From an uncultured Gemmatimonadales bacterium (GTDB lineage Bacteria; Gemmatimonadota; Gemmatimonadetes; Gemmatimonadales; Gemmatimonadaceae): 64,000 bases of DNA. The translations under genes were made by a program, and so were the position numbers. How positions within the stretch are numbered: position 1 is the stretch's first letter; each line of letters opens with the position of its first letter. Location: positions 3,552,001 to 3,616,000 of the forward strand of contig OY969695.1 in the NCBI GenBank assembly GCA_963701965.1, written 5' to 3'. Positions 28,157 through 38,940 of the stretch are shown piece by piece. The notes under the pieces were generated by a model, which worked only from the letters and a program-made list of their open reading frames with translations, did no database searches and was not told the origin of the DNA.

Positions 28157-29441
28157 GGACGGGCTTCGGAGCGACGATGTGTCCGGGGGCGAGATCGAAT
28201 CGCCACTGCTGGGCGATCGTGGCCAGCACCAGGATGATCTCGGTCCAGGCGAACGACTCCCCGATGCAGAGACGCGACCCGCCGCCGAACGGGAAATAGG
28301 CGAACTTGGGGCGGCTGTCCGCCGCCCCACCGAGCCACCGCGTGGGATCGAAGCGCTCGGCATCGGGCCAGTATCGCGGATCCCGCTGCGTGATCCAGGG
28401 CGAGAGGAACACGTACGTGCCGGCCGGCAGGTCGTACCCGCCGACCCGATAGTCGGCCAGGGCGCGGCGGCCGATGATCCACGCGGGCGGATAGAGGCGC
28501 AATCCTTCCGACGCCACGGCGCGCGTGTATGCGAGGCGCGGGAGGTCGTCCGGTGTCAGCGTTCGGTCACCCAGGGCGGCCACCTCGGCATACAGCGCGT
28601 CGGCGACGGCAGGCGCCTGGGACAGGGCGTACCAGATCCAGGTCAGCGCATTGGCCGTCGTCTCGTGACCCGCCAGAAAGATCGTGAGCAGCTCGTCGCG
28701 CAGCTGGGCGTCCGACATGCCGCTGCCATCGCCCTCGGTGTCGCGCGAATCCAGCAGCATCGAGAGCAGATCGGTGCGCCGCGTCGCGCCCCGCCGCTCG
28801 GCGATCATGCGATAGATGATCGCGTCGAGTCGGGCCTTCGCCCGCCGGGTCTTGAGCACCCAGGGCATTGGCAGGCGGTCGAACACCTCGGTGAACGGGA
28901 GCGAGGCGATCCGAAAAGCATCGAGCGCGGTGTCGATCGCGTCGCGGATGGCCAGCGTCTCCGCCTCCACGTCGGCACCAAACAACGTCTTGCCGACGAT
29001 GGACAGTGTCAACGTTGTCATCTCGTTGGCGAGCTCCACGGTCTCGCCATCGCGCCACCGCGTGCGCGCAATCGCGGTCTCGTCGATCATGGTGCGGGCG
29101 TACGCCGCGACCCGGTCTCGGTGAAACGCGGGCTGGGCCAACCGGCGTTGTCTCAGGTGGAACTCGCCCTCACTCGTGAGCAGCCCATCGCCGAGGAGCG
29201 GTTTCGTGCGCTCGAGTCCACGGCCTTTCTTGAAGAGGCGCTGATTGGTGACGAGGACATTGCGAACGGTATCCGGGTGAGTCAGGAGCACCAGCGGTCG
29301 TGACAGCACGCGAAGCGCCACCACGTCGCCATACTCGCGCGCGAGGAAGTGCAGATACCCCAGGGGGTCCCGACGAAACGCGACCAACCCCTGCCCAGGC
29401 CACCGCGACTTGGGACCCGGCGGCAGGTTGTAAGTGACCAC
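28107..29441 (-). CDS. cytochrome P450
   Basis: LPPGP, GLLTSEG, AGHETTA, EGLRLYPP (ExxR), FGGGSRLCIG heme Cys; GGGAG SD, GTG 29441. Confidence 0.95.
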   Translation of the reverse strand: MVTYNLPPGPKSRWPGQGLVAFRRDPLGYLHFLAREYGDVVALRVLSRPLVLLTHPDTVRNVLVTNQRLFKKGRGLERTKPLLGDGLLTSEGEFHLRQRRLAQPAFHRDRVAAYARTMIDETAIARTRWRDGETVELANEMTTLTLSIVGKTLFGADVEAETLAIRDAIDTALDAFRIASLPFTEVFDRLPMPWVLKTRRAKARLDAIIYRMIAERRGATRRTDLLSMLLDSRDTEGDGSGMSDAQLRDELLTIFLAGHETTANALTWIWYALSQAPAVADALYAEVAALGDRTLTPDDLPRLAYTRAVASEGLRLYPPAWIIGRRALADYRVGGYDLPAGTYVFLSPWITQRDPRYWPDAERFDPTRWLGGAADSRPKFAYFPFGGGSRLCIGESFAWTEIILVLATIAQQWRFDLAPGHIVAPKPVLTLRPRHGMRMIARRV

Positions 29442-29470
29442 TTGCTTGCATCTCCCTAGGTTGTTACGTT
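29430..29470. promoter_or_regulatory. TetR promoter and candidate operator palindrome in the divergent P450/TetR junction
   Basis: GTAAGTG-ac-CACTTGC imperfect inverted repeat (29430-29445); TTGCTT-17-TACGTT (29465-29470) with TG extension. Confidence 0.45.
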
Positions 29471-29478
29471 CGCTCGCC

Positions 29479-30066
29479 ATGAGGCCAGTCGTCGACCGCA
29501 GCAAGCTGCTGGACGCCGCGCTCCGGGTCTACGCCGAGTACGGTTTTCGCGGCGCCACCACACGGCGGATCGCCGACGAAGCGGGCATCAACGAGATCAC
29601 GATCTTTAGACAGTTCGGGTCCAAGGAAGCCCTCATAACCGCGGCCATCCAGGCGCATGGCACCGACGGGGTGGGGCCATTGTTTCCCGACGTGCCGGTC
29701 GACCCGGAGCAGGAGCTCGTGGCCTGGTGTGACGCTGGGCTGACATCGATCCGGCAAAACCGGGCCATGCTGCGGCGGGCATTGGCCGAGATGTTGGAGT
29801 TGCCGGACAGCGCGGCCCATGTCATGGACGGCGCGCGCGATGCGCGGCGCGAGCTCGACGCCTATGTCGGCCGTCTGACGTCACACGGTTTCGTGCCCGC
29901 GGTCGACGATGCCGAGCGGGGCGCGGCCATCTCGATGCTGCTGGCGGCCATTCGGAATGACGGGATGACGCGCGAGCTGGCGCCCGAGATCTTCCCGCAA
30001 CCCGCGGAGCGGGCCGCGGGTCTCTACGTCCGGTTATTTCTTCGGGTACTAGGAGTGCGATCATGA
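29479..30066 (+). CDS. TetR/AcrR family transcriptional regulator
   Basis: AALRVYAEYGFRGATTRRIADEAGINEITIFRQFGSKEAL HTH. Confidence 0.93.
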   Translation: MRPVVDRSKLLDAALRVYAEYGFRGATTRRIADEAGINEITIFRQFGSKEALITAAIQAHGTDGVGPLFPDVPVDPEQELVAWCDAGLTSIRQNRAMLRRALAEMLELPDSAAHVMDGARDARRELDAYVGRLTSHGFVPAVDDAERGAAISMLLAAIRNDGMTRELAPEIFPQPAERAAGLYVRLFLRVLGVRS

Positions 30067-31718
30067 GCTACACGCGCGTACTCGCGATCGGTGTGGCGAT
30101 CGGGGCCGCCCAGGCCGTGGCGCAGCCGCCGGCCCGGAGCCTGTCGCTCGGGGACGCCGTCCGCGTCGCGTTGACACAAAGCGAGGCCCTGGCGATCGCC
30201 CAGGCTGGCGTGACGCGCGCGCGCGGACAGGTGATGCAGGCGCGATCCGAGTTCTGGCCCCAGTTGTATGGCACCGCGGGCTATACCCGCACCCTCAAGT
30301 CGCAGTACGCGTCCCTGGCATCGAGCTCGGCGTTCGGCCCGCCCCCGAGCAGCCGCGACTTCCAGCTGTGCACGATCCAGCTCGACTCGAACGCGACGAC
30401 GGCTCAGCGGCAGGCGGCGTTGGCGGCCGCCCAGACGTGCCCCGCGGCATTCTCCGGCAACATCTTCTCGAACGTCGGCTTCGGCTCGCTCAACGCGTAC
30501 AACATCGGGTTGTCCTTCAGCCAGGCGATCTTCAACGGCCAGTTCCTCGCCGCGCAGCGCGCGGCATCGGCGCCGCGGCAAGCGGCGGACGTCGAGGTCG
30601 CGGCCCAGCGCGCCCAGGTGATCTATGACGTCGCGCAGGCGTACTACGATGCGGCACTGGCGGATGCGCTGGTGTCGATCGCCGACTCGACGCTGGCGCA
30701 GAACGAGCGGACGCTGGGGCAGGCGCGCCTCGCCCGGCGCGTGGGCACGCAGTCCGAGTACGATCTCTTGCAGACGCAGGTGACGCGCGACAATCAGGTG
30801 CCGGTGCTCGTGCAGGCCCGCAACGATCGAGATCAGAGATACTACCGGCTCAAGCAGCTCATCAAGATGCCGCTCGACGCGCCGCTGGAGCTGACGACGA
30901 CTGTCGAAGACTCGACGGACCTTCCCGGTGGCGTCCGGCTGGTGTCGCTGACCGACAGTACGCCGGCGGTCATCGGCGACACGGTGGCCGAGCATCGCTC
31001 GTCGGTCCGGGAACAGGGCTACGCCATCGTCGAGTACAAAGCGCTAGTGTCACAGGCGCGCGCCGAGTATCTGCCGATCCTGACCTTGTCGTCGGACTAT
31101 TCGCGAGTGGCCTATCCGTTTGGCGGCTTGCCGGCGTGGAACAACTTTCTCACGAATTGGACGATCGGTCTCACCGCCTCCGTGCCGATCTTCAACGGAT
31201 TCAAGACCCACGGCGATGTGTTGATCGCCCAGGCGAACCTCAAGGAGCAGCAGGCGCGCTTGACGCAGGCGCACGACCTGGCCGCGCTCGATGCGCGGAC
31301 CACCATCGCCGATCTGCGGGCGGCGGAAGCCAGTTGGGCCGCCGTGTCGACGTCGTGGCGGCAGGCGGTGCAGGCGTACCAGATCGCCGAGATCCGCTAC
31401 CAGCAGGGGCTGTCCACCTTGGTGGAGCTCAACGCGTCCAGCATCGCGAAGCAGCAATCGTTCTCCAACCGCGCGCAGAGCGCCCGCAATCTCCAGGTCG
31501 CGCGCGTGAAGGCGGCGCTCATCCGCGATCTTCCCGTGTCCGCGGGAGGGGCGGGCGCCAGTGCGGCGCCGTCGGCGCAGCAGCAGGCGCAGAATGCCCA
31601 GCAGCGGCCACAGTCGCAGACCCAAACTCCGATATTAGGGACCGGCCAATTCAATCCAGCGTACGGGTTGCCCATAAGCCAGGCTTCCCCCGGTATTCCG
31701 GGGCAGCCAACACCATGA
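30063..31718 (+). CDS. TolC family outer-membrane efflux protein
   Basis: Signal peptide, LSLGDAVRVAL, two OEP-like repeats, Q/P-rich tail; precedes MFP and RND. Confidence 0.88.
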   Translation: MSYTRVLAIGVAIGAAQAVAQPPARSLSLGDAVRVALTQSEALAIAQAGVTRARGQVMQARSEFWPQLYGTAGYTRTLKSQYASLASSSAFGPPPSSRDFQLCTIQLDSNATTAQRQAALAAAQTCPAAFSGNIFSNVGFGSLNAYNIGLSFSQAIFNGQFLAAQRAASAPRQAADVEVAAQRAQVIYDVAQAYYDAALADALVSIADSTLAQNERTLGQARLARRVGTQSEYDLLQTQVTRDNQVPVLVQARNDRDQRYYRLKQLIKMPLDAPLELTTTVEDSTDLPGGVRLVSLTDSTPAVIGDTVAEHRSSVREQGYAIVEYKALVSQARAEYLPILTLSSDYSRVAYPFGGLPAWNNFLTNWTIGLTASVPIFNGFKTHGDVLIAQANLKEQQARLTQAHDLAALDARTTIADLRAAEASWAAVSTSWRQAVQAYQIAEIRYQQGLSTLVELNASSIAKQQSFSNRAQSARNLQVARVKAALIRDLPVSAGGAGASAAPSAQQQAQNAQQRPQSQTQTPILGTGQFNPAYGLPISQASPGIPGQPTP

Positions 31719-32812
31719 CGCGACGCCTGGCCCTGCTGTCGGTCCTGCTCGCCGCCGCGAGTTGCCGCCCGACGCGTGACCCAAAGAAAGAGACCGCCGT
31801 GCCCGTGATCGAGCTGGGCGCGGAGAACGTGACGGTCGTGTCCGCAGACATCGTGCGGAGTGGTCCGCTGATCTCGGGGACGCTGGCGCCGGTGCGCAAC
31901 GCGCAGATCCGGGCGCAGGTCTCGGGGTCCGTGCTCGACATCAAGGTCGAGCAAGGCCAGCGGGTGTCGGCGAATCAGCTACTGGCCCAGATCGACGCGG
32001 CGGCCCTGCGCGACGCCTATCTCTCCGCCAAATCCTCCGTGTCGTCGGCGCAGCTGGCCGCCGACTACGCCGTGCATCAGAAGCAGCGCTACGACACGCT
32101 GCTGGCGGCGGGCGCGGTCTCCGACCGCGACCGCGAGAGCGTGCTGCAGCAGGACGCCCAAGCCCAAGCCGCGCTGGAGAACGCCCGCGCGTCGCTGGTG
32201 CAGGCCGAGAAGCAACTCGGCTACACCGAAGTCCGCTCACCGTTCGCCGGGGTCGTCAGCGAGCGCAATGTCAGCGCGGGCGATGTCGTGCAGATGGGCA
32301 GCCCGCTTTTCGGCGTGGTCGATCCCACCCGGCTCCAGTTCCAGGCCGCGGTGCCGGCCGAGCAGATCGGCGCCGTGCACGTCGGCGATTCGGTGACGTT
32401 CACGCTCAATGCCTACGCGGGACGGACATTCGACGGCTCGGTCGTGCGTATCAATCCGGTCGCCGATCCCTCGACCCGGCAAGTGCAGGTCTTCACCGAA
32501 CTGCCGAATCCCACCGGCAGCATCGTCGCCGGTCTCTTCGCCACGGGCCGCGTCGTCACCCAGTCCCAGCGTGGTCTGGTCGTGCCGGTCTCGGCGATCG
32601 ACACACGCAATCTGCATCCCAGCGTACTCCGCGTGCGCCGCGGAGTCGTCGAGCGCGTCGACGTCGGGCTCGGCCTCCGCGACGCCATCGCCGAGCGGGT
32701 CGAGATCACCGCCGGTGTGTCGGCCGGGGATACGCTGCTCTTGGGGCAAGCGCAGGGACTGACACCGGGCACGCCGGTGCGCGTGCTGGCTCCCACGACT
32801 GCCGAGCGCTAG
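31715..32812 (+). CDS. RND efflux periplasmic adaptor (MFP) lipoprotein
   Basis: ATGA overlap; lipobox AASC, IRAQVSG, VRSPFAGVV, RINPVADPSTRQV. Confidence 0.9.
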   Translation: MTRRLALLSVLLAAASCRPTRDPKKETAVPVIELGAENVTVVSADIVRSGPLISGTLAPVRNAQIRAQVSGSVLDIKVEQGQRVSANQLLAQIDAAALRDAYLSAKSSVSSAQLAADYAVHQKQRYDTLLAAGAVSDRDRESVLQQDAQAQAALENARASLVQAEKQLGYTEVRSPFAGVVSERNVSAGDVVQMGSPLFGVVDPTRLQFQAAVPAEQIGAVHVGDSVTFTLNAYAGRTFDGSVVRINPVADPSTRQVQVFTELPNPTGSIVAGLFATGRVVTQSQRGLVVPVSAIDTRNLHPSVLRVRRGVVERVDVGLGLRDAIAERVEITAGVSAGDTLLLGQAQGLTPGTPVRVLAPTTAER

Positions 32813-32814
32813 CC

Positions 32815-35800
32815 ATGTTCATCTCCGACTTCGCGATTCGCCGGCCGATCGTGACGACGGTCGTCATGATCGCGCTCGTCACCTTCGGCATCTTCGCCCT
32901 GGTCAAGACCGACGTCGACGAGTACCCCGACATCTCGGCGCCCGTCATCTTCGTCGCCGTCGCCTATCCCGGCGCGTCGCCGCGGCAGGTCGAGCGGGAA
33001 GTCGTGGATCGGATGGAAGAGCAGTTCAACGGCATCAGCGGTCTCGACCGCATTGAGTCGAAATCGACGGACGGGTTCGCGCAGATCACGGTGTTCTTCC
33101 AGTTCAGCAAGAACGTCGACGAAGCCTCGCAGGACATCCGCGACGGGATCTCGGAAATCCGGGACAAGCTGCCCGCCGAGATGCGGGAGCCCATCATCAA
33201 GAAGTACGATCCGTCCGACTTGCCGATCGTGTCGCTGGCCATGACGTCCCAGGCGCTGAGTCCGCCCGAGTTGACGATTCTGGCCGATCCCGGCGTGACC
33301 AAAGAGCTGCGCGGCATCCCCGGCGTGGCGCAAGTGACGGTCGACGGTGGCGACGATCGGACCATCGCCGTCAATGTTCGGCCGCGGGACCTGGAAGCCG
33401 CCCACGTGAGCGTGGCCGAGGTGGTCAACGCGCTCAATACGCAGAACCTCGCCGCGCCCGTCGGCAGCGTGAACGGCACGCTGACCGAGCGCACCATCCG
33501 CCTCAACGGGCGCTTGGCGACCCCGCAGGATTTCCTGCAGCTCGTCGTCGCCGAGCGGGGCGGCCAGCTCATTCGGCTCGCCCAGGTCGCCGACGTCAAG
33601 GACACCGCGATCGAGCCCCGGTCGTTGGCGCTCTATAACGGTCGCGCGGGCGTGGGGATCGATGTCACGAAGAGCAAAGGCGTGAGCACGACGCGGGTCG
33701 CCGATGCCGTGAAAGCAAAGGTGGCCGATCTGCGCAAGACGCTGCCGCCCGGCGTCGACCTCGCGATCGTACAGGATGCCGGAGTCCGCGTGCTCCAATC
33801 CGTGCGGAATGTCGAGGAGATGCTGGTGGAGGGCGCCATCCTCACCGTCCTCGTCGTCTTTCTCTTCTTGAATTCCTGGCGTTCGACCGTCATCACGGGT
33901 CTGGCGTTGCCCGTGTCGACGCTGGCGGCGTTCATCGCCGTCTGGGCCTGCGGCTTCACGTTGAACACCATGTCGTTGCTCGGCCTGTCGCTGGCCATCG
34001 GGATCCTCATCGATGACGCGATCGTCGTGCGCGAGAACATCGTACGACACATCGAGATGGGGGAAGATCATTTCGCCGCCGCCCATCGGGGCACGGATGA
34101 AATCGGGCTCGCCGTCACGGCCACCACGTTCTCGATCGTCGCCGTTTTCGTGCCGGTGGCGTTCATGCGGGGCGAAGCGGGTCAATGGTTCAAGCCGTTC
34201 GCCCTCACGATCGCCTGCGCCGTGCTGGTATCGTTGTTCGTGTCGTTCTCGTTGGACCCCATGTTGTCGGCCTACTGGCCTGATCCGCAGCTGGAAGCGC
34301 ACCAACGGCGGAACGCGCTGTCCCGGGCCCTCGACCGGTTCAACCAATGGTTCGACCGGCAAGCCGACGGTTATCGCTCGCTCATTGGATGGGCGCTCGA
34401 CCACCGCTGGATCATGGTCGGACTGGCCGGCGCCTCGTTCGTCGGCGCGCTGCTCATCCAGAAGTATTTCGGCGGCGCCGATTTCGTCCCCAAGAGCGAT
34501 CGCTCCGAGCTCAACATCGCCGTCGAGACACCGCCGGGCTCGAACCTCGACTACATCCGGCTCAAGATCGCCGAGATCGAGCGCGTCGTCCGTGCCCATC
34601 CCGAGGTCCGCTACACCTACTCGACTGTCGGCAGCGCGGTCGGATCGGGCGAAGTGGACGTGGGCAACATCTACGTGCGGCTCGTGCCCAAATCGGAGCG
34701 GCGCATATCGCAGGACGACCTCGGCGCCGTGTTCCGGCCGGAGCTGACGCGCATCGGCGGGGTGACGGCGTACGTGTTCGACGCCGGATTCGGGGGCAAC
34801 CGGAAGCAGATCCAGGTGCACTTGCGGGCCGCGGGCGTCGACGAGGCGACGCTGGGCCGGTTCGCGACGCAGGTCATCGACGCCGTCCGCCAGGTGCCGG
34901 GCGCCGCGGACATCGGGCTCTCGACGAAAGGCGAGCGGCCGGAACTGCAGATCGATCTCAACCGGCCGCTGGCCGGCGTCCTCGGTGTCACCGTCAACGA
35001 CGTGGCGGCGTCACTGCGGCCGGCGTTCGCCGGCCTCCACGCCAGCGACTGGGTCGATCCCACGGGCAAGACGCGCGACGTGACGGTGCGCCTCGCACCC
35101 GAGGCCCGCACGAACATGACCGATCTGGAACAGTTGCCGCTCGTCCTCTCGGGCGCGCAACAGGCGGCCGCCGGCGCCGTGGGCGCTTCGATCCCATCGG
35201 CGATCCCGCTGGGCGCCGTGGCCTCGATCACGAGCGCGGTGGGGCCGGCCGAAGTCGATCACTTCAATCGCGATCAAGTCATCACGGTCGAAGCGAACGC
35301 CGAGGGGCGCTCCTTGAGCGAGGTGTCGAACGACATCAATGCGCGGATCAAGTCCTTGACGCTGCCGCCGGGGATCCGCATCACGCAGGGCGGGGAGGTC
35401 AATGATCAGGCCGAGGTCTACGGCGATATTTTCGCGGCCCTGGGGTTGGCGGTGCTCCTCATGTACCTGATTCTGGTCGTGCAATTTGGATCGTTCCTCG
35501 ACCCGCTGACCATCATGATGTCCCTGCCGCTGTCCCTGATCGGCGTCGTGTTGGCGCTCAAGGCCACGGGCGAGTCGCTCAATATCATGAGTCTCATTGG
35601 CGTGATTCTGCTCATGGGCATCGTGACGAAGAACGCGATTTTGCTGGTGGATTTCGCCATCTGGTCCAAGGAGCAGCGCAAGCTGTCGACGCGCGATGCC
35701 CTGATCGAAGCCGGACGCATTCGTTTGCGGCCGATTCTCATGACCACGCTGGCGCTGATTGCCGGCATGGTGCCGGTCGCCATCGGGGCCGGCGAGGGCG

Positions 35801-35982
35801 GCGACTTCCGGAAATCCCTCGGCATCGCGGTCATTGGCGGGGTGATCACCTCGACGTTTCTCACGCTGCTCGTGATCCCGACGTTCTACGAGATCCTGGA
35901 CGAGACCCGATCGTGGTTCCTGGGCGCAGTGGGACGGCGCCCCGGCGCCGCGGTTTTCCCCGAGGGCGCGCCAGGGGACTAG
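32815..35982 (+). CDS. RND efflux permease (AcrB/AcrD/AcrF family)
   Basis: 1055 aa; AIRRPI, GILIDDAIVVRENI, KNAILLVDF, RLRPILMTT. Confidence 0.95.
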   Translation: MFISDFAIRRPIVTTVVMIALVTFGIFALVKTDVDEYPDISAPVIFVAVAYPGASPRQVEREVVDRMEEQFNGISGLDRIESKSTDGFAQITVFFQFSKNVDEASQDIRDGISEIRDKLPAEMREPIIKKYDPSDLPIVSLAMTSQALSPPELTILADPGVTKELRGIPGVAQVTVDGGDDRTIAVNVRPRDLEAAHVSVAEVVNALNTQNLAAPVGSVNGTLTERTIRLNGRLATPQDFLQLVVAERGGQLIRLAQVADVKDTAIEPRSLALYNGRAGVGIDVTKSKGVSTTRVADAVKAKVADLRKTLPPGVDLAIVQDAGVRVLQSVRNVEEMLVEGAILTVLVVFLFLNSWRSTVITGLALPVSTLAAFIAVWACGFTLNTMSLLGLSLAIGILIDDAIVVRENIVRHIEMGEDHFAAAHRGTDEIGLAVTATTFSIVAVFVPVAFMRGEAGQWFKPFALTIACAVLVSLFVSFSLDPMLSAYWPDPQLEAHQRRNALSRALDRFNQWFDRQADGYRSLIGWALDHRWIMVGLAGASFVGALLIQKYFGGADFVPKSDRSELNIAVETPPGSNLDYIRLKIAEIERVVRAHPEVRYTYSTVGSAVGSGEVDVGNIYVRLVPKSERRISQDDLGAVFRPELTRIGGVTAYVFDAGFGGNRKQIQVHLRAAGVDEATLGRFATQVIDAVRQVPGAADIGLSTKGERPELQIDLNRPLAGVLGVTVNDVAASLRPAFAGLHASDWVDPTGKTRDVTVRLAPEARTNMTDLEQLPLVLSGAQQAAAGAVGASIPSAIPLGAVASITSAVGPAEVDHFNRDQVITVEANAEGRSLSEVSNDINARIKSLTLPPGIRITQGGEVNDQAEVYGDIFAALGLAVLLMYLILVVQFGSFLDPLTIMMSLPLSLIGVVLALKATGESLNIMSLIGVILLMGIVTKNAILLVDFAIWSKEQRKLSTRDALIEAGRIRLRPILMTTLALIAGMVPVAIGAGEGGDFRKSLGIAVIGGVITSTFLTLLVIPTFYEILDETRSWFLGAVGRRPGAAVFPEGAPGD

Positions 35983-35991
35983 GTTTGAGCC

Positions 35992-36642
35992 GTGCATTGG
36001 TTGACACAGCTCTCGGGATCGTTCTGGGCCTACATCGTGCTCGGCGCTATGAGCATCGTCGCCGAGGAGTTGGCTCCCGTGGGCGGCGGCTACGCGGCGC
36101 ACGAGGGGCGCTTGGGCCTCATGCGCGTAGCCCTCAGCATCTTCATCGGCACGTGGTCCAGCGGCATCGGGCTCTACTACCTGGGGCGCGCCCGCGGCGT
36201 CTGGCTGCGGCGGCGCTATCCGCACTTCGGCCGGCTCTTCACGCGGGCGCTCATGGTGGTGCGCCGGCGCCCGTGGCGCGCGTCGCTCGCGGTGCGCTAC
36301 GCCTTCGGATTGCGTATCGCACTACCGGTCGCGTGCGGCGCGGCCCACGTCCCCGTCTGGGAGTACGTGATCGGCAGCGGTATCAGCTCCCTCACGTGGT
36401 CCAGCCTGTTCACGGTGGTCGGCTGGGCGTTTGGCCGTTCGGCGGACGCCGTGATGCGTCACCTGCACCGCTACGAGGACGTGCTCACGCTCGCCGCCAC
36501 GGGCGCCATCGGCATCATTCTCTTTGCCTATCTCCGGCGCAGCGCCGTGAGAGACGAGGAGGAGATCGATGAGTTTGGCAAGCATCTCGACCGGCTGAGC
36601 GGCGAATTTCCCACCTACCGCGAGCACAACGACGCCAGCTAG
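35992..36642 (+). CDS. DedA/VTT family membrane protein
   Basis: IVAEEL..GGYAA..YYLGR..RYAFGLRIALPVACG. Confidence 0.82.
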   Translation: MHWLTQLSGSFWAYIVLGAMSIVAEELAPVGGGYAAHEGRLGLMRVALSIFIGTWSSGIGLYYLGRARGVWLRRRYPHFGRLFTRALMVVRRRPWRASLAVRYAFGLRIALPVACGAAHVPVWEYVIGSGISSLTWSSLFTVVGWAFGRSADAVMRHLHRYEDVLTLAATGAIGIILFAYLRRSAVRDEEEIDEFGKHLDRLSGEFPTYREHNDAS

Positions 36643-37637
36643 TGCGAGGCGTGGGCGCGGCGGAACACGTTCAGGAGATACCACAGCGAGGGGAGGAGAA
36701 CGGCCGCGCCAATGGCGATGGCCACGACGAACGCCCGGAGGGTCGCGGGCGGCGAAGCGGCGTCCGTGATCGTGAGCCGGGGCGGAATGAGATAGGGATA
36801 CTGCGCGATCATCCACCCCCAGAGGACGAGGCCAGCCAACGCCACCATGGCGGCGCGGGCCGCCCGATATCGGTGCCTCCCGAGCGCGATGAGCGCCGCC
36901 AGTCCGGCAAGAAAGGCCGCGCCTTGCACGGGAAACGGGGGTGCCTGGGCCTTGGAGAGCGCCAACGTCGCGTAGGCCGCCACCGGGAGCAGGACGGCGG
37001 CGCCGATCGCGCGCCAGCGAAAATCATTCGCCAGGGCGGGGTCACCGGACGCTTCGACCGTCAGATAGGTGGCAGCCAGCAGCGCGCAGAGGACCAGGGC
37101 CATGAGCCCGACGCCGATCGTGAAAGGGGTGAGCCACGGGCCAATGTAGACGTCCGTGAACGGCGCGCCTCCGCGGGCCGCGGACGCCAGCGCGATGCCG
37201 ACGTTGCCCGACGCGATGGCGCCCACGATCATCCCGAGCACGACCGGCGTGAGCATGCTGGCGATCGCGAAGAGGAGTCCCCAGCGCTCCTGCGCGGCGC
37301 TGGGTCGGTCTTCGTAGGAGCGGAACGCGAACGCCGATCCCCGCAGGACGATGCCGATCAAGAGCACCGACAGCGGGATGTGCAGGACCGTGGCGAGCGC
37401 CGCGAACGCCGGCGGGAAGCAGGTGAACAGGAGCACGATCACCAGGATGAGCCACACGTGATTCGCTTCCCACACCGGTCCCATGGCGTGCGCGATGAGC
37501 GCCCGCTGGGTCGCCTGGCGCGGACCCGATGCCAGGAGGTCCCAAATGCCGCCGCCGAAATCGGCGCCGGCCATCACCACGTACGCGGTGAGCGCGACGC
37601 CCGCGATGCCGGCAATCACGACGGGCAGCGACGGCAC
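36639..37637 (-). CDS. cydB: cytochrome bd ubiquinol oxidase subunit II
   Basis: GADFGGG, GPVWEANHVWL, LRGSAFAFR. Confidence 0.92.
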   Translation of the reverse strand: MPSLPVVIAGIAGVALTAYVVMAGADFGGGIWDLLASGPRQATQRALIAHAMGPVWEANHVWLILVIVLLFTCFPPAFAALATVLHIPLSVLLIGIVLRGSAFAFRSYEDRPSAAQERWGLLFAIASMLTPVVLGMIVGAIASGNVGIALASAARGGAPFTDVYIGPWLTPFTIGVGLMALVLCALLAATYLTVEASGDPALANDFRWRAIGAAVLLPVAAYATLALSKAQAPPFPVQGAAFLAGLAALIALGRHRYRAARAAMVALAGLVLWGWMIAQYPYLIPPRLTITDAASPPATLRAFVVAIAIGAAVLLPSLWYLLNVFRRAHASH

Positions 37638-38901
37638 TCAGGCCGTCGTCCGCAAGACTTGCTGGTACATGAGCCAGGTGACGATGGCGCCAAGGGCCAA
37701 GTACAGCGCCGTGAAGGTCAGGAACGGCACCACGAGGCCGGGCATGGGCGTGACGGCATCCGCGGTGCGGAGGAGCCCCGTCACGATCCACGGTTGCCGC
37801 CCCACCTCGGTCACCGTCCACCCCGCCTCCACGCAAATGACCCCCAGCGGCGTGGCGGCGGCCAGCGCGCGCAGCAGCCACCGTCGCCGCGCGAGATCGC
37901 GGCGGCGCGCCAACACCCAGAGCGCCCAGCCGGCCACGATGGCCAGCATCGTCCCGAGCCCGACCATGATCTCAAACGCCACGTGCACGATGGGAACGGG
38001 CGGCCACCGGTCGGGGGGCACGTCGTCCAATCCCACCACCTTGGCGTGCACGTCGTGGTAAGCGAGAAACGAGAGCGCGCCGGGGATTTCAATGACGCCG
38101 CCAATGTCCAGCGGCGCCCCGGTCTCCGTTTTGAACTGTCCTTCCAGCGACGCCAATTTGACGGGCTGCGTGTCGGCCACCATCCGGCCGGCGATGTCGC
38201 CCGAGATGGGCTGGAGCACCGCCGCGGGCGCGCCCACGAGCAGGGCGACGACCAGCGCCCGCCGGTGGAAGCCGCTCGAATGGGTCCCGAAGCAGGAGGA
38301 ACGCGTGGATGCCGGCCACGGCCATCCCCAGCGTCGCATAGGCAGCCAGGGTCATGTGGAGCGTCTCGGCGAACGCGGCCGGGTTGGCCATGGCGGCCAT
38401 GGGGTGCACGTCGACGGGCTGCCCGTCGACGATCCGGAACCCGGCTGGAGTATTCATCCAGGCGTTGGCGATGACCACGAAGATGCCGGAGAGGACCCCG
38501 GAGAAGGCGACGATCGCGCCGGCCGCGAGGTGGGTTCGTGGAGGGATCCGGTTCCACCCGTACAGGTAGACACCGAGGAAGATCGCCTCCGTGAAGAACG
38601 CGAAACCCTCGAGTGAGAACGGCATCCCAATGATCCCGCCGGCGTACTGCATGAACCGCGGCCACAGCAGGCCCAGCTCGAACGAGAGGACGGTGCCGGA
38701 GACGGCGCCGACCGCGAACATGATCGCGGTGCCCCGGGCCCAACGGCGCGCCAGTTCCAGGTACGTGGCCTCTCCGGTCGCTTGCCACCGCCACTCGGCG
38801 ATGACCATGAGCAAGGGCATCCCGATCCCGACAATGGCGAAGACGATATGGAAGGCAAGCGACATCGCCATCTGCGATCGTGCCGCGAGGAGATCGCTCA
38901 T
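37638..38901 (-). CDS. cydA: cytochrome bd ubiquinol oxidase subunit I, short Q-loop type; frameshift at 38279-38280
   Basis: AARSQMAMSLAFHIVF, GAVSGTVLSFE, ANAWMNTP in one frame; QPVKLASLEG, EAGWTVTEVGRQPW in the next; removing one base gives LLRDPSSGFHRRAL. Confidence 0.92.
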
Positions 38902-38940
38902 CGGGTGGAAATATAGGCCGGGCGGCATTATGGTGGTCGC

